Source: Squalus acanthias (Eukaryota). Taken from it: a stretch of 64,000 bases of DNA. This document shows, in pieces, positions 1 to 11,107 of this stretch (position 1 is the first letter of the stretch; each line of letters starts with the position of its first letter). Below the pieces are notes generated by a model that did no database searches, was not told where the DNA came from, and was given only the letters and a program-made list of their open reading frames with translations. The position numbers and the translations under genes are program-made. The stretch is from positions 173,540,001 through 173,604,000 of the forward strand of contig CM059425.1 in the NCBI GenBank assembly GCA_030390025.1. The letters run 5' to 3'.

Positions 1-361
1 CAAAGGAAGGGTGGGACCAAAAAGGAAATATTCTTGTGGAGGCAGAGGGCATGGCTGAGTTACTAAATGTGTACTTTGCATCTGATTTCACTAAAAAAGA
101 GGGTGTTGCCAATGTCACACTAAAGGAGGAGGTGGTAGACAAACTGGACAGGATGTATCCTAGGTTGCTGAGGGAAATAAGGATGGAAATTACGGAGGCT
201 CTGGCCAAAATCTTCAAATCCTCCTTAGATATGGGAGTGGTGCCAGAGGACTGGAGGATTGCAAATGTTGTAATCTTGTTCAAAAAAGAGGAGAAGGATA
301 AACCCAGCAATTGTAGTCTAATCAGCCTAATGTCAGTAGTGGGGAAACTTTTAGAGACATT

Positions 362-1103
362 GGGCCAAAAATTCATCCCGCGACGCGAGAGTACGCACTG
401 CGTACTCTCGCGTATTCTCTCTCCAATTGTCGGTTTTCTGCATGCCCTGCGCATGCGCTGAAAACCGGCACTTGGTCTTTTGAAAAGGGGGCGGTTCCTC
501 GGTGCATCGCGTGCGCGCTACAGGCTGCGCACACGCTGTGCACTTCGTGCTTTGGACGCGCAGGTAAGTACGGAAGATTTTAGAAATGGAAAAAGGAGGA
601 GTAAGACCCACTTTTAACAAGGTAAGTAGTGAATTAAGTATTTTTTTGAATTTTTTTTAACAGGTATATCTTTTTTAGAGACTTTAAAGACAGGTAAGTT
701 TATTTTTATAACTTTTTAAAAGATTTAAAATTTTTTCAAAAATTTAATTTTTTATTTAAAATGGTTAATTTATTTAACTATATTTATTTTATTAATGTGA
801 TGGTTTTTTTTTAATTTAATTGAGGTTTAGCTGTTATTTTGGGGGGGTGTAAGATTCATAGATTTCACAGCACGTATGTGAAACTTATGAATGGAAGATG
901 GTGTGCTGCCATTGGCTCTAACTGAGTCACGTGATCCCACAGCTCGCACGAATTCACTGCGCCGGTGGGATACGCAAGCACTGCCCAGCTGATGTCTGGA
1001 ACATCAAGTTCGTGCGAGCTGGATCTGAAAAAGCACACGTGGAGTGAGAGATCGCGGGGAAGCCTTACCCCCGCGGGAACAGAGCGAGATCAATTTCTGG
1101 GCC
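362..1103. mobile_element. Non-autonomous Harbinger-type MITE, copy 1 (~742 bp)
   Basis: Imperfect TIRs GGGCCAAAAATTCATC / GATCAATTTCTGGGCC. 3-bp TSD ATT (359-361, 1104-1106). CR1 sequence resumes on both sides. Near-identical copies at 8048-8790 and 62155-62898. Confidence 0.92.
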
Positions 1104-1212
1104 ATTAATCCAGGACCAAATTAATTGGTTCTTGTAAAAATACAATTCTGGGCACCACACTCTAGGAACGATGTTAAAGTCTTGGAGAGGGTGCAGAGGA
1201 GATTTAGTAGAA

Positions 1213-1742
1213 TTTTTTTTTAATTTGTTTATGAGATGTGGGCGTCGCTGGCAAGGCCAGCCTTTATTGCCCATCCCTAGTTGCCCTTGAGAAGGTGGTG
1301 GTGAGCCGTCTTCTTGAACCGCTGCAGTCCGTGTGGTGAAGGTACTCCCACAGTGCTGTTAGGGAGGGAGTTCCAGGATTTTGACCCAGCGATGATGAAG
1401 GATCAGCGATATATTTTCAAGTCAGGATGGTGTGTGACTTGGAGGGGAACTTGGAGGTGGTGGTGTTCCCATGCACCTGCTGCCCTTGTCCTTCTAGGTG
1501 GAAGAGGTCACGGGTTTTGGAGGTGCTGCCGAAGAAGCCTTGGTGAGTTGCTGTAGTGCATCTTGTAGATGGTACACACTGCAGCCATGGTACGCCGGTG
1601 GTGGAGGGAATGATTGTTTAAGGTGGTGGATGGGGTGCCAATCAAGCGGGCTGCTTTGTCCTGGATGGTGTCAAGCTTCTTCAGTGTTGTTGGAGCTGCA
1701 CTCATCCAGGCAAGTGGAGAGTATTCCATCACACTCCTTACT
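1213..1742 (-). mobile_element. 5'-truncated non-LTR retrotransposon 3' end (CR1/L2-group family distinct from the host CR1)
   Basis: ORF 1508..1774 (RSVMEYSPLAW...LDTIQDKAARLI...SLHHRR) resembles a post-RT domain. Poly-T at 1213-1221 is the minus-strand A tail. The same 3' end recurs at ~15425-15502 (+). Confidence 0.75.
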
Positions 1743-2371
1743 TGTGGTACCTCATGTGATGGAATATTCTCCACTTGGTGCCAAGATTGAAAGACTTCAG
1801 TTATGTGGAGAGACTCGAGAAACTGGGTTTATTCTCCTTAATGCAGAGAAGTTTAAGGGGAGATTTGATCGAGGTGTTTTAATCTTGAAGGGTTTTGATA
1901 GAGTGAATAAGGAGAAACTGTTTCCAGTGGTAAGAGGGTCAATAACCAGAGGACACAGATTTAAAGTGATTGGCAAAAGAACCAGAGGCGACTTGCGGAA
2001 ACATTTTTTTACGCAGCGAGTTATTATGATCTGGAATGCACTGCCTGAAAGGGTGGTGGAAGCGGATACAATAATAATTTTCAAAAGATAATTGCATCAA
2101 TACAAAGAAAAAAATGACTGGGCTATAGGGAAAGAACAGGGGAGTGGGACTCATTGGATAGCTCTTTCAAAGAGCTGGTACAGGCACGATGGACTGAAAG
2201 GCTTCCTGATGTGCTGTATTATTCTATGATTCTATGATCAGGACTTCCCCCAGTGAGTCACCAGCCTTCATGAACAGACTAGGTTTTCACTCCCTTTATA
2301 GCCAGCTGGTGATTGATTATCACCAGTGAGTCATGTAGGTTAGTGCCAGGTTTCCTGGCAGCTGTCAGCCC

Positions 2372-2775
2372 TGGCTCATTCTTGCCTCTGAGTCAGTAGG
2401 TTGTGGGTTCAATTCCCATTCCAGAGACTAGAACACAAAATCTAGGCTGACACTTCAGTGCAGTACTAAGGGAGTGTTGCACTGTCGGAGGCATTATTAT
2501 TCAGATGAGATGTTAAACCGAGGCCCTGTTTCCCTTTCAGGTGGATGTAAAAGATACCATGGCACTATTTTGAAAAAGAGCAGATGAGTTCTCCCTGGTG
2601 TCCTGGCCAATATTTATCCCTCAACCTGCACCACTAGAACAGATTATCTGGTCATTACCTCATTGCTGTTTGAAAGACCTAGCAGTGTGCAAATTGGCTG
2701 TCTCGTTTTCTACATTACAACAGTGACTACATTCAAAAGTACTTAATTGGCTGTAGAGTGCTTTGGCACTTCCTG
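2372..2775 (+). mobile_element. tRNA-derived SINE with Deu-like central domain (SacSINE1/DeuSINE-like)
   Basis: B-box-like GGTTCAATTCCC, central GATGAGATGTTAAACCGAGGCCC...GGTGTCCTGGCCAA block, L2-like tail. Five copies in the window. Confidence 0.8.
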
Positions 2776-3106
2776 AGAAAGAAAGAAAGACTTGCATTTA
2801 TAAAGCGCCTTTCACAACCACCGGACATCCCAAAGCACTTCACAGCCAATGAAGTACTTTTTTGAAGTGTAGTCACTGTTGTAATGTAGGAAACGTGGCA
2901 GCCAATTTGCGCACAGCAAGCTCCCACAAACAGCAATGTGATAATGACCAGATAATCTGCTTTAGTGATGTTGGCCAGGACACCGGGGATAACTCCCCTG
3001 CTCTTCTTCAAAATAGTGCCATGAGATCTTTTACACCTGAGAGGGCAGACGGGGCCTCGGTTTAATGTCTCATCCAAAAGATGTCACCTCTGAAAGTGCA
3101 GCACCT
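2776..3106 (-). mobile_element. Same SINE family, minus strand, tail-to-tail with the previous copy
   Basis: Reverse complement matches 2480-2770 and 63170-63495. Tail GAAAGAAAGACTTGCATTTATAAAGCGCC. Confidence 0.82.
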
Positions 3107-4040
3107 TTGAGGTTCTGCTTTTTAATCTCTTTCCTAGCTCCCTGAAATCTGCCTGCAGGATCTCATCCCTCTTGTCATTGGTACCGATATGGACCACGAC
3201 CTCTGGCTGTTTCCCCTCCCGCCTCAGAATGTTCTGCAGCCGCTCAGTGATGTCCTTGACCCTAGCACCAGGGAGGCAACATTCCCCCCTGGAGTCACGT
3301 CTGCAGCCACAGCAACGCCTGTCTGCTCCCCTAATTATTGAATCCCCTACCACTATTGCTCTCCCACTCTTCTTCCTCCCCGCCCCCCCGTACAGCTGAG
3401 CCACCCGTGGTGCTGCGGACTTGGCTCTGGCTGTACTCCCCAGAGTAACCATCGCCCTTACCAGTACTCAGAACAGAATACTGGTTGGAGAGTGAGATGC
3501 ACTCAGGGGACTCCTGCACTACCTGCCTGGTCCTCCTCTTCTGTCTGGTGGTCACCCATTCCCTCCCTGCCTGCACACTCCTTATCTGCGGGGTGACCAC
3601 CTCCTGAAATGTGCTATCCATGAAGCTCTCAGCCTCGCGGATGCACCGCAGTGACGCCAGCTGCTGCTCAAGCTCTGAAACCCGGAACTCGAGCTTCTCC
3701 AGCTGATGACACTTCCTGCACATGTGGTTATCCAGGACACGGGAAGCATCCTGGATTTCCCACATGGCACAGGATGTGCATTCCACGGGACTGAGCTACC
3801 CTGCCATGCCTCTATTTAACAGACTATTAACTAACTTAGCAGGAATAAACTTTAAACTTAAAAAAAACCAACTAGAAACACTTACCAGCTACTCACCAAT
3901 CAGCTCCTTCCCTGGTTGTGACGTCACTTTAGCTGTTTTGCAGTTGTTGCTTTTGTTGTTGTTGTTTTCGCTGGTGGTTCTCTGCCTCCTCGCTGCCATC
4001 GCTGCTCCACTCTGCGCTCTCTCAGGGCCTCCCGCTTGAT
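3107..4040 (-). mobile_element. CR1 LINE 5' part: ORF1 remnant (zinc finger/leucine zipper plus SGNH esterase)
   Basis: ORF 3331..3786 has CTSC..CRKC and a leucine heptad. ORF 3084..3452 has VVGDSII..CCLPGARVKDI..VVVHIGTND. The two ORFs are separated by a frameshift. Confidence 0.88.
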
Positions 4041-4089
4041 TTATCCTCCACCTCCTCGCTGCCGCCGCTGCTCCAGTCTATCATCTGGC

Positions 4090-4549
4090 ATCTTGTATCC
4101 TTTCAGCCCCGCCGCTGGCCAAAGGCTCAGCCATGCCACTGCCAAGAATGGCCAGCACCGTCTCCTCCAATGGGGTGAGGTGAAGCTAGAAATGGGAGGA
4201 GTGCCTCGTGTTTGGTACAGATTGTTGGTAGTGAGTGATTCGGGGTGTGGGGGGGAGTCGTGCATTGAGAAGTGTGTGAGGCTAGTGGTGCAATTGGTAG
4301 GAGACAGCTTTTGAAGATGCATTCACTGACCTTGAGCACTTGTCTGAGGTCATGAAGCTTCTTTGGGCACTGGAGCCAGGTGGTGGGGGCGACATTGCTG
4401 GCAGTGACGGCCTTGGTGATGTATTCCCACAGCGTTCTTTCTGGAGGGCCTCCTGGCCCCTGTGGGTAGAGGACCTCTCTTGCAGTGTTGACCCCCTGGA
4501 CTGCTGCGTGCGAGACCCTTGGTGCCCCTTCCCTGGCTTGCTGAGCCAT
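4090..4549 (-). pseudogene. Harbinger Myb/SANT-like gene, 5' exons (degraded, family E)
   Basis: Translation MAQQAREGAPR...LWEYITKAVTASNVAPTTWLQCPKKLHDL parallels exon 1 of the other Myb-like genes here. A remnant of exon 2 lies at ~4090-4190. Confidence 0.75.
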
Positions 4550-4990
4550 TTGTCTTAGTGCTGAGGCAGTTTTAGCATTTTTTTTAGGTGTGGAAGGCAA
4601 TTCAGCTTAAAGAGCTGAAGACTCCCATTTGGGAATTCTTTTTAATGTTAATTTTTTTTGAAAAGGCAGTTGAGCTGTAAGGGCTAATAGCTGCCGATTT
4701 TTACATGTTTTTTATTTTTTTCATTTCGGAAGACAGTTTAATGGACCAAACTGCTTTCTGAAATGACAGCCTTACTTTAAGAGCAGGCTGTTCTTGCTGC
4801 AATGATGCTACGGCAACACTACATTGGAGCCTCCTGCTGGGATGAACGCCACCAGAACGGCATTGCACTGTAAGTTTAGCACTGGGCTAATGTTAATTAG
4901 CCACCAGCGCCAATTTACCGGTCCTGCCACAGCACCATTTTCGGCAGCCGTTAACTCCGGCCCGTGGTGGCACTGGCAGGTTTTTAGGCT

Positions 4991-5800
4991 GAGGACTTTG
5001 ATGGGGTAGCCTACAGAAGAACGCTGATGGGTATGCACAATGAAATGCTTGGTGCATTGGCAGGCCTGCCAGGAAGCCTGAGTGCAATGTCAAGGAGCAT
5101 GGAGGAGTCTGGCATCAACCTTGCACAGGGCTTTGGGCAGAGCTTGGAGCCCATGATTTCCAGCATGGAATTGATGGCCAACTCCGTTACCGCACTTGTG
5201 GACCCAACCATAATGCAGGGTCTGATGGCCGATGTTTCAGCTTCCATTGCAGCACAGGCGGAAGCGACCCAACGTCTGAGTGCTGCAGTGAAAGCTCAGA
5301 TTTCTGTCATGCAGGCTCAGCTTGCTGCCATGCAAGGTCAGACTGCTGCCATCGTGGCTGCGTTTGCTAGTGTTGAAAGGGGCTTACAGGATGTCACAAC
5401 AGTCCAGCAATCCGTCCTCCAACAGATTACTAGGATTGCTGAGGCGCTGCCCCGGGGGAGTGGCTGTGGTTCTGTGGAGCTCGAACCTGCTGTCGTCTCT
5501 CAGGGTGACAGGATTCGTGTTCATATCACTGTCACTCTACCAGTGCCCTTGCTGTTGCCTGTCAGCCAGCCAGCCCAGACTGCTGCCGCCCATGCCGGAG
5601 TGGTGCAGTCTACAGCTGGGCCTTTTAGGTCAGAGCTGCTTGAGATTGTCTTGCAAGGCCATCTGCAGTCTCCCCCACTGAAGGTCAGTGGCCTTCCACC
5701 AGCCATGCTGCAGCCATGGGGTAGCACTTCATAGGAGCACTAGGAGAGGCAAAGGCACATGGAAGTCAGGCACTAAGGGAATGCACAAGGATGATTAGTT
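4991..5800 (+). pseudogene. Harbinger Myb-like gene, last exon (degraded)
   Basis: ORF 5027..5734 shares GMH.E..GA, QQSVLQQI and QTAAAHA.VVQS.AGP with the family A last exon (12147..13034). Confidence 0.8.
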
Positions 5801-5967
5801 AACTTTTTTATGTAATATTGGATGGATTGATATATAAAGTTGGATTGGAATGTTTGTTTTGTGGTGGCTTTCATTTCAGCATTGTGGCCAAGAGGATGCT
5901 GTGATGGTCAGTAACAGAGGAATGGTAAGGTGCAGGACTATTGATGAATGTGGAATTGGGGTTGCAT

Positions 5968-7158
5968 TTACTGGAACCGCAGTCGGATGAGTCAATCACG
6001 GACAGCCCAGCCAGAAAAGGGCTGTCTGGGTTGCCTCCTTCCTTCCGCTTTGTCCTCTTCATCCTCCTCCTCTTCTGCTTACTCCTCTTTCTCTTCCTCC
6101 TCCTCCACCTCCCCTTCCTTCTCCTCCTCAGCTGGTCACCGTATGCCTGGTGGCAAGGGCTGTGCCCTCATTATGGTGAGGTTGTGGAGCATGCAGCAGA
6201 CCATGATGAATCTTGAGACGCGCTCTGGTGAGTACTGCAGGGCTGCTGCAGAGCGGTCCAGGCAATGTTGCTTCAGCACCCCAATGGTCTGCTCTATGAT
6301 GTTTCATGTGGCGGAATGGCTCTTATTGTACACATCCTGGCCACATGTGGTTGGGTTGCGGAGCGGAGTCATGAACCAGATGGTCAAAGGATAGCTCTTG
6401 TCGCCCAGCAGCCAGCCTCTGGTTTGACATGGTGGCTCATAGACTGAGGGAACAGCAGACTGGCGCAGAATAAAAGCATCATGACTGCTGCCAGGATACC
6501 AGGCATTCACCATCATGATGTGCTGAGCATGGTTGCACACCAACTGCACATTCAGTGAGTAGAAACCTTTGCGGCTGCGATACATCTCAGCATTTAGAAG
6601 CGGCGTCCGCAAAGCCATAGGCATGCAGTCAATGGCACCCTGAACCATGGGGAACCCGTTATCCTGGCAAAGCCACGTGCACCCTCCGCCTGCTTCTCTT
6701 TGTTCAGAGAGAAGACAATTAAGTCCCCACTCCTGGCAGAAAGAGCGTCTGTCACCTCTCTTCTGCAACAGTGGACGGTGAATTGGGAGATGTTACAGAT
6801 ATCATCTGCTCCAGGCTGGAAGGATCCTGACGTAAAGAAATTCAGGGCCATGGTTGCCTTCACAGCCACTGGCAACACTGTCCTTGTCCTGGTGTGAGGC
6901 TGCAGGTCTGGTTGCAAGAGGTGGCAGAGTTCTGTGAGCACCTCCCTCAAAGTGCAGATGCCTCACACACTGCTCCTGGCTCAGGCTGAGGTAAGAGAAT
7001 TGCTCTCGGAAGTCCCTAGATGGGCAAGGCCTCCTGTTGCGAGCCCTTCTCCCCCTCCTCCTCCTCACTCTGTGAGCAGCTTGTCCTCTTCTTCGCTGCC
7101 TCTGCTCCATCTCCCTGTCATGCTGCAGGCCAAGTGGGATGACAACGAGAGCACCCAT
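5968..7158 (-). pseudogene. Harbinger DDE transposase (HARBI1-like), frameshifted
   Basis: Pieces in several frames: VAVKATMALNFF, FPMVQGAIDC, SLNVQLVC, PGSSHDAFIL, WLLGDKSY. A terminus-like AAATTTTTCGCCC ends at 7620. Confidence 0.9.
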
Positions 7159-8047
7159 GACTGGGAGCAAGTGGTCTGACCAGAACCCTTGAAGTCAGAA
7201 CCGAGGCCTTCTCCACTTGCAGCACCACTCCCTGTCACTTCACTAACTTTAAACAACTCTGGAAAGCTCCAAACAGTTCCACAAACTTACACAGAGCCAG
7301 TAGAAATGAATCAGCAACTAACCTTAGCGTGGTTGCTGATCCCTTTAAATATCGCTGGTGGGGGGGTCCTTGCTGCTGCTGAACGCACGCTCAGCTGTGC
7401 GAGGTTAAGACAGGGCGTAAGCTCCAGCGTTGATGTCATAAATGGCAATGCTGATTGACGTCATGATCTGTGCACCTTGCATACTTCCGGCACACGCTCT
7501 TACCGTCCGCCCTACCGCCCTCACCTGAAGTGTGTGCACGCAGCGCAGACACCACTTTCGGCACAAAATGGCACACGTAGCGCCAAAAAATTGGGCGCTA
7601 CGGAGCTAAATTTTTCGCCCGCTGTATGTAACAGTAATCTGATCATTACAAGTTGGCATCCTATTTTGTCCCTCTAATGAGGCCAGTAATATTTTTATTG
7701 CAGCTCTCAGCTTGCTGCAGCATGATAAAGTCCATGTTGCATAATTGCACACCTTGGCCTAGAAACTAGTTTGGCCCTGACTTCAAGCATGAACCCAGAG
7801 GCAAACGGTAACCGCCACGCCGAACCTGGTTGTCTGGTGTCATCATGATGCGAAGGCATGCTGGGGACGGCAGTCATGCCCCATGAGGCAGTGCACTGGT
7901 TGTGCAGAAGATGAAGCTCGGCTGGTGGGGTCGCCAGCACCGGAGCAACAGTGAATCCGGGGGGTGGGGGAGGGGAGTAGATTGGGAGGTTGGGGTGGTG
8001 GCGGGGGGGGGGCTGCGAGCAGCAGTCAGCAGCAGCCTGTAGTTATT

Positions 8048-8790
8048 GGCCCAGAAATTAAAGACTGAGTGTTGACGCGGGGGTAAGGCTTCCCCGCGAT
8101 CTCTCACTCCGCGTTGGCTTTTTCAGATCCAGCTCGCACGAACTTGATGTTCTAGACATCAGCTGGGCAGTGCTTGCATATCCCACCGGCGTAGTGAATT
8201 CGTGCGAGCTGTGGGATCACGTGACTCAGTTAGAGCCAATGGCAGCACACCATCTTCCATTCATAAGTTTCACATACGTGCTGTGAAAGCTATGAATCTT
8301 ACACACCCCCAAAATAACAGCTAAACCTCAATTAAATTTTTTTAAAAACCATCACATTAATAAAATAAGTATAGTTAAATAAATTAACCATTTTAAATAA
8401 AAAATTAAATTTTTGAAAAAATTTTAAATCTTTTAAAAAGTTATAAAAATAAACTTACCTGTCTTTAAAGTCTCTAAAAAAGATATACCTGTTAAAAAAA
8501 ATTCAAAATAATACTTAATTCACTACTTACCTTGTTAAAAGTGGGTCTTACTCCTCCTTTTTTCATTTCTAAAATCTTCCGTCCTTACCTGCGCGTCCAA
8601 AGCACTAAGTGCACAGCGTGCGCGCAGCCTGTAGCGCGCACGCGGTGCACCGAGGAACCGCCCCCTTTTCCAAAAACCAAGTGCCGGTTTTCAGCGCATG
8701 CGCAGTGCATGCAGAAAACCGGCAATTGGTGACAGAATACGCGAGAGTACACAGTGCGTACTCTCGCGTCGCGGGACTAATTTTTGGGCC
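8048..8790. mobile_element. Harbinger-type MITE, copy 2 (inverted relative to copies 1 and 3)
   Basis: TIRs GGCCCAGAAATTA / TAATTTTTGGGCC. TSD ATT (8045-8047, 8791-8793). Body is the reverse complement of 362-1103. Confidence 0.92.
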
Positions 8791-8854
8791 ATTATGTGGA
8801 GCCAGGAGGAGCACTCCTGCACCTTCTGGCTCCACATTCAGGTAAGTAACTCCC

Positions 8855-9113
8855 TCTCTAGAGACTTGATCACAAAATCTAGGCTGACACTCTAGTGCAG
8901 TACTGAGGGAGTGTTGTACTGTCAGAGGTGGCGTCTTTTGGATGAGACATTAAACCGAGGCCCCATCTGCCCTCTCAAATGGACGTAAAAGATCCCATGT
9001 GTGCAAATTGGCTGCAGTGACTACACTTCAAAAGCATTTAATTTTCTGTAAAGCGTTTTGGGAGGTCCTGAGGTCGTGAAAGGCGCTATATAAATACAAG
9101 TCTTTCTTTCTTT
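8855..9113 (+). mobile_element. Deu-like SINE, internally deleted
   Basis: AAATCTAGGCTGACACTCTAGTGCAGTACTGAGGGAG ... GAAAGGCGCTATATAAATACAAGTCTTTCTTTC. Confidence 0.8.
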
Positions 9114-9411
9114 CCTGAAGTATGCATGACTCTGCCTTTGTCCTATGTTCCTATGTCCTGGTGTGAAAATTAGTTGGACTATATTGTATATTCTCTGAAA
9201 AATCAGCTAGCAGGAACCATTTTTAAACCTTATTGTACTTTGACCCAAAAAAGAGAAAATAATATATTAGATACAAAAATGTTACTTTTTTCATATCAGT
9301 GGGAGTATCGAAAATTTCTGAAAAGGATGCGAGTGCTGAAATTTATTTTCTAAAAGGATCAAAGGGCATGACCCACCCTTTGCTGAAAATGTTCCTTTTT
9401 TTGACATTGTA

Positions 9412-10807
9412 GGGCCTATTTTATAAGTCTATGCTTCTGCTGCTGGGGAGTTTCACCTGCCAGTAGCACGCACTAGAAATCTGGAATAAAAACAGAAAAT
9501 GCTGGAAATACTCAGCAGGTCAGGCAGCATCTGTGGAGAGAGAAACAGAGCTAACGTTTCAGGTCGATGACCCTTCGTCAAAACTGAAAAAAGTTGGAGA
9601 TGGAACAGGTTTTTAAGCAAGTGCAGGGGGCAGGGAAAAGGGGGCGGGGAGGAAAGAACAAAAAGGAAGGTCTGTGATAGGATGGAAGGCAGGAGAGATT
9701 AAGAGACAAAAGGGATGATGGTGCAAGGCAAAAGGAGATGGTAATGGGACAAGTTAAGAAACAAAAGATGGCTCCAGATGAAGTGTGAATGGCAATGGCA
9801 GATTGATCGACAGCTGCCATGTGAGAGAGAGAAAAAAAAATGAAAAAAAAGGATAGAGGCAGAGAGGTTATGGTCTGAAATTGTTGAACTCGATGTTGAG
9901 TCCAGAAGGCTGTAAAGTGCCTAATCGAAAGAGGAGGTGCTGTTCCTTGAGCTTATGTTGAGTTTCATTGGAACAGTGTAAGAGGCCGAGGATGGACAGG
10001 TCAGAGTGGGAGTGGAGCGGAGAATTAAAGTGACAGGCGACCGGAAGCTCAGGGTCACCGTTACGGACTGAACGGAGGTGTTCCGCAAAGCAGTCACCCA
10101 ATCTGCGTTTGGTCTCCCCAGTGTAAAGGAGACCGCATCGTGAGCAACGAATACAGTATACTAAATTGCAAGAAGTACAAGTAAATCACTGTTTCACCTG
10201 GAAGGAGTGTTTGGGGCCCTGGACAGTGGGAAGGGAGGAGGTAAAAGGGCATGTGTTACATCTCCTGCACTTGCACGTGAAGGTGCCGGGCGAAGGGGAA
10301 GGGGTGTTGGGGGTGATAGAGAAGTGGACCAGGGTGTCGCGGAGGGAGCGGTCCCTGCGGAATGCTGAAAGGGGAGGTGAGGGGAAGATGTGTTTGGTGG
10401 TGGGATCACGCTGGAGGTGGCGGAAATGGCGGAGGATGATCTGTTGAATGTGGAGGCTGGTGGGGTGAAAGGTGATGACAAGGGGAACCCTATCGTGGTT
10501 CCGGGAGGGAGGGGAAGGGGTGAGAGCAGAAGTGCGGGAAATAGACGGACATGGTCAAGGGCCGTGTCAACCACAGTAGAGGGGAATCCTTGATTGAGGA
10601 AAAAGGAAGACATGTTGGAAGCACTGGTATGGAAGGTGGCATCGTCAGAGCGAATGCGGCAGAGACGGAGAAACTAGAAATCTGGACGTACCTGCCCATG
10701 ATTTTCGAATTATTAAAATTGTGTGCAGCACATACCTGAATTTCTGATATGCACTGTCACTGGGCATGGCTCCCCACTAGCAGCACAGATTTGTAAAATT
10801 ATTCCCT
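9412..10807. mobile_element. Old small MITE split by a Penelope insertion
   Basis: Left GGGCCTATTTTTATAAGTCTATGCT resembles the reverse complement of the right end AGCACAGATTTGTAAAATTATTCCC. Confidence 0.5.
9486..10672 (-). mobile_element. Penelope-like retroelement 3' part (GIY-YIG endonuclease region and terminal repeat with hammerhead-like motif)
   Basis: ORF 9868..10101 FAEHLRSV..PVACHFN..EQHLLFRLGTLQPSGLNIEF. Minus-strand TTGACGAAGGGTCATCGACCTGAAACG at ~9554-9580. Flanked by 14-bp direct repeat ACTAGAAATCTGGA (9472-9485, 10673-10686). Confidence 0.88.
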
Positions 10808-11107
10808 TTATATTTCAGCATTTTTGGGGTAGGCTTTAGAAATGTTATAATATATATCTTACTTCAATGGCGATTCCTCCTTACAACAGAGAAATCATGG
10901 GCAAGCAGCCCATGATTTTCTTTATATTAAAATTAATGGATGGAAAGTCATAGGCTGCACACCCAATGTTAGCGAGGGAACACAGACACACTGGCGCCGG
11001 CCACTTCTTAAAGCGGGGGGGGCCAACTTGCTCCCCAGCCACACCCTGCTCATTGCAGCCTTGAATCTCGGCCTGGAGAGACCTGTGAATCCATTTTGCT
11101 GCCAAGG

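Larger units (their letters stand above)
1..2238 (+). mobile_element. Degraded CR1 LINE (ORF2 fragments and 3' end), internally deleted and interrupted by a MITE (362-1103) and another non-LTR element (1213-1742)
   Basis: ORF 36..461 has CR1 ORF2 motifs (VPEDWRIANV..LFKK; SVVGKLLE). ORF 1498..2091 ends in TRGHRFKV..FFTQRV..WNALP. Tail TATTCTATGATTCTATGAT at ~2218-2238. Confidence 0.9.

Noticed and set aside
2372..2430. tRNA gene
   Set aside because: Only a B-box-like SINE head. No full cloverleaf.
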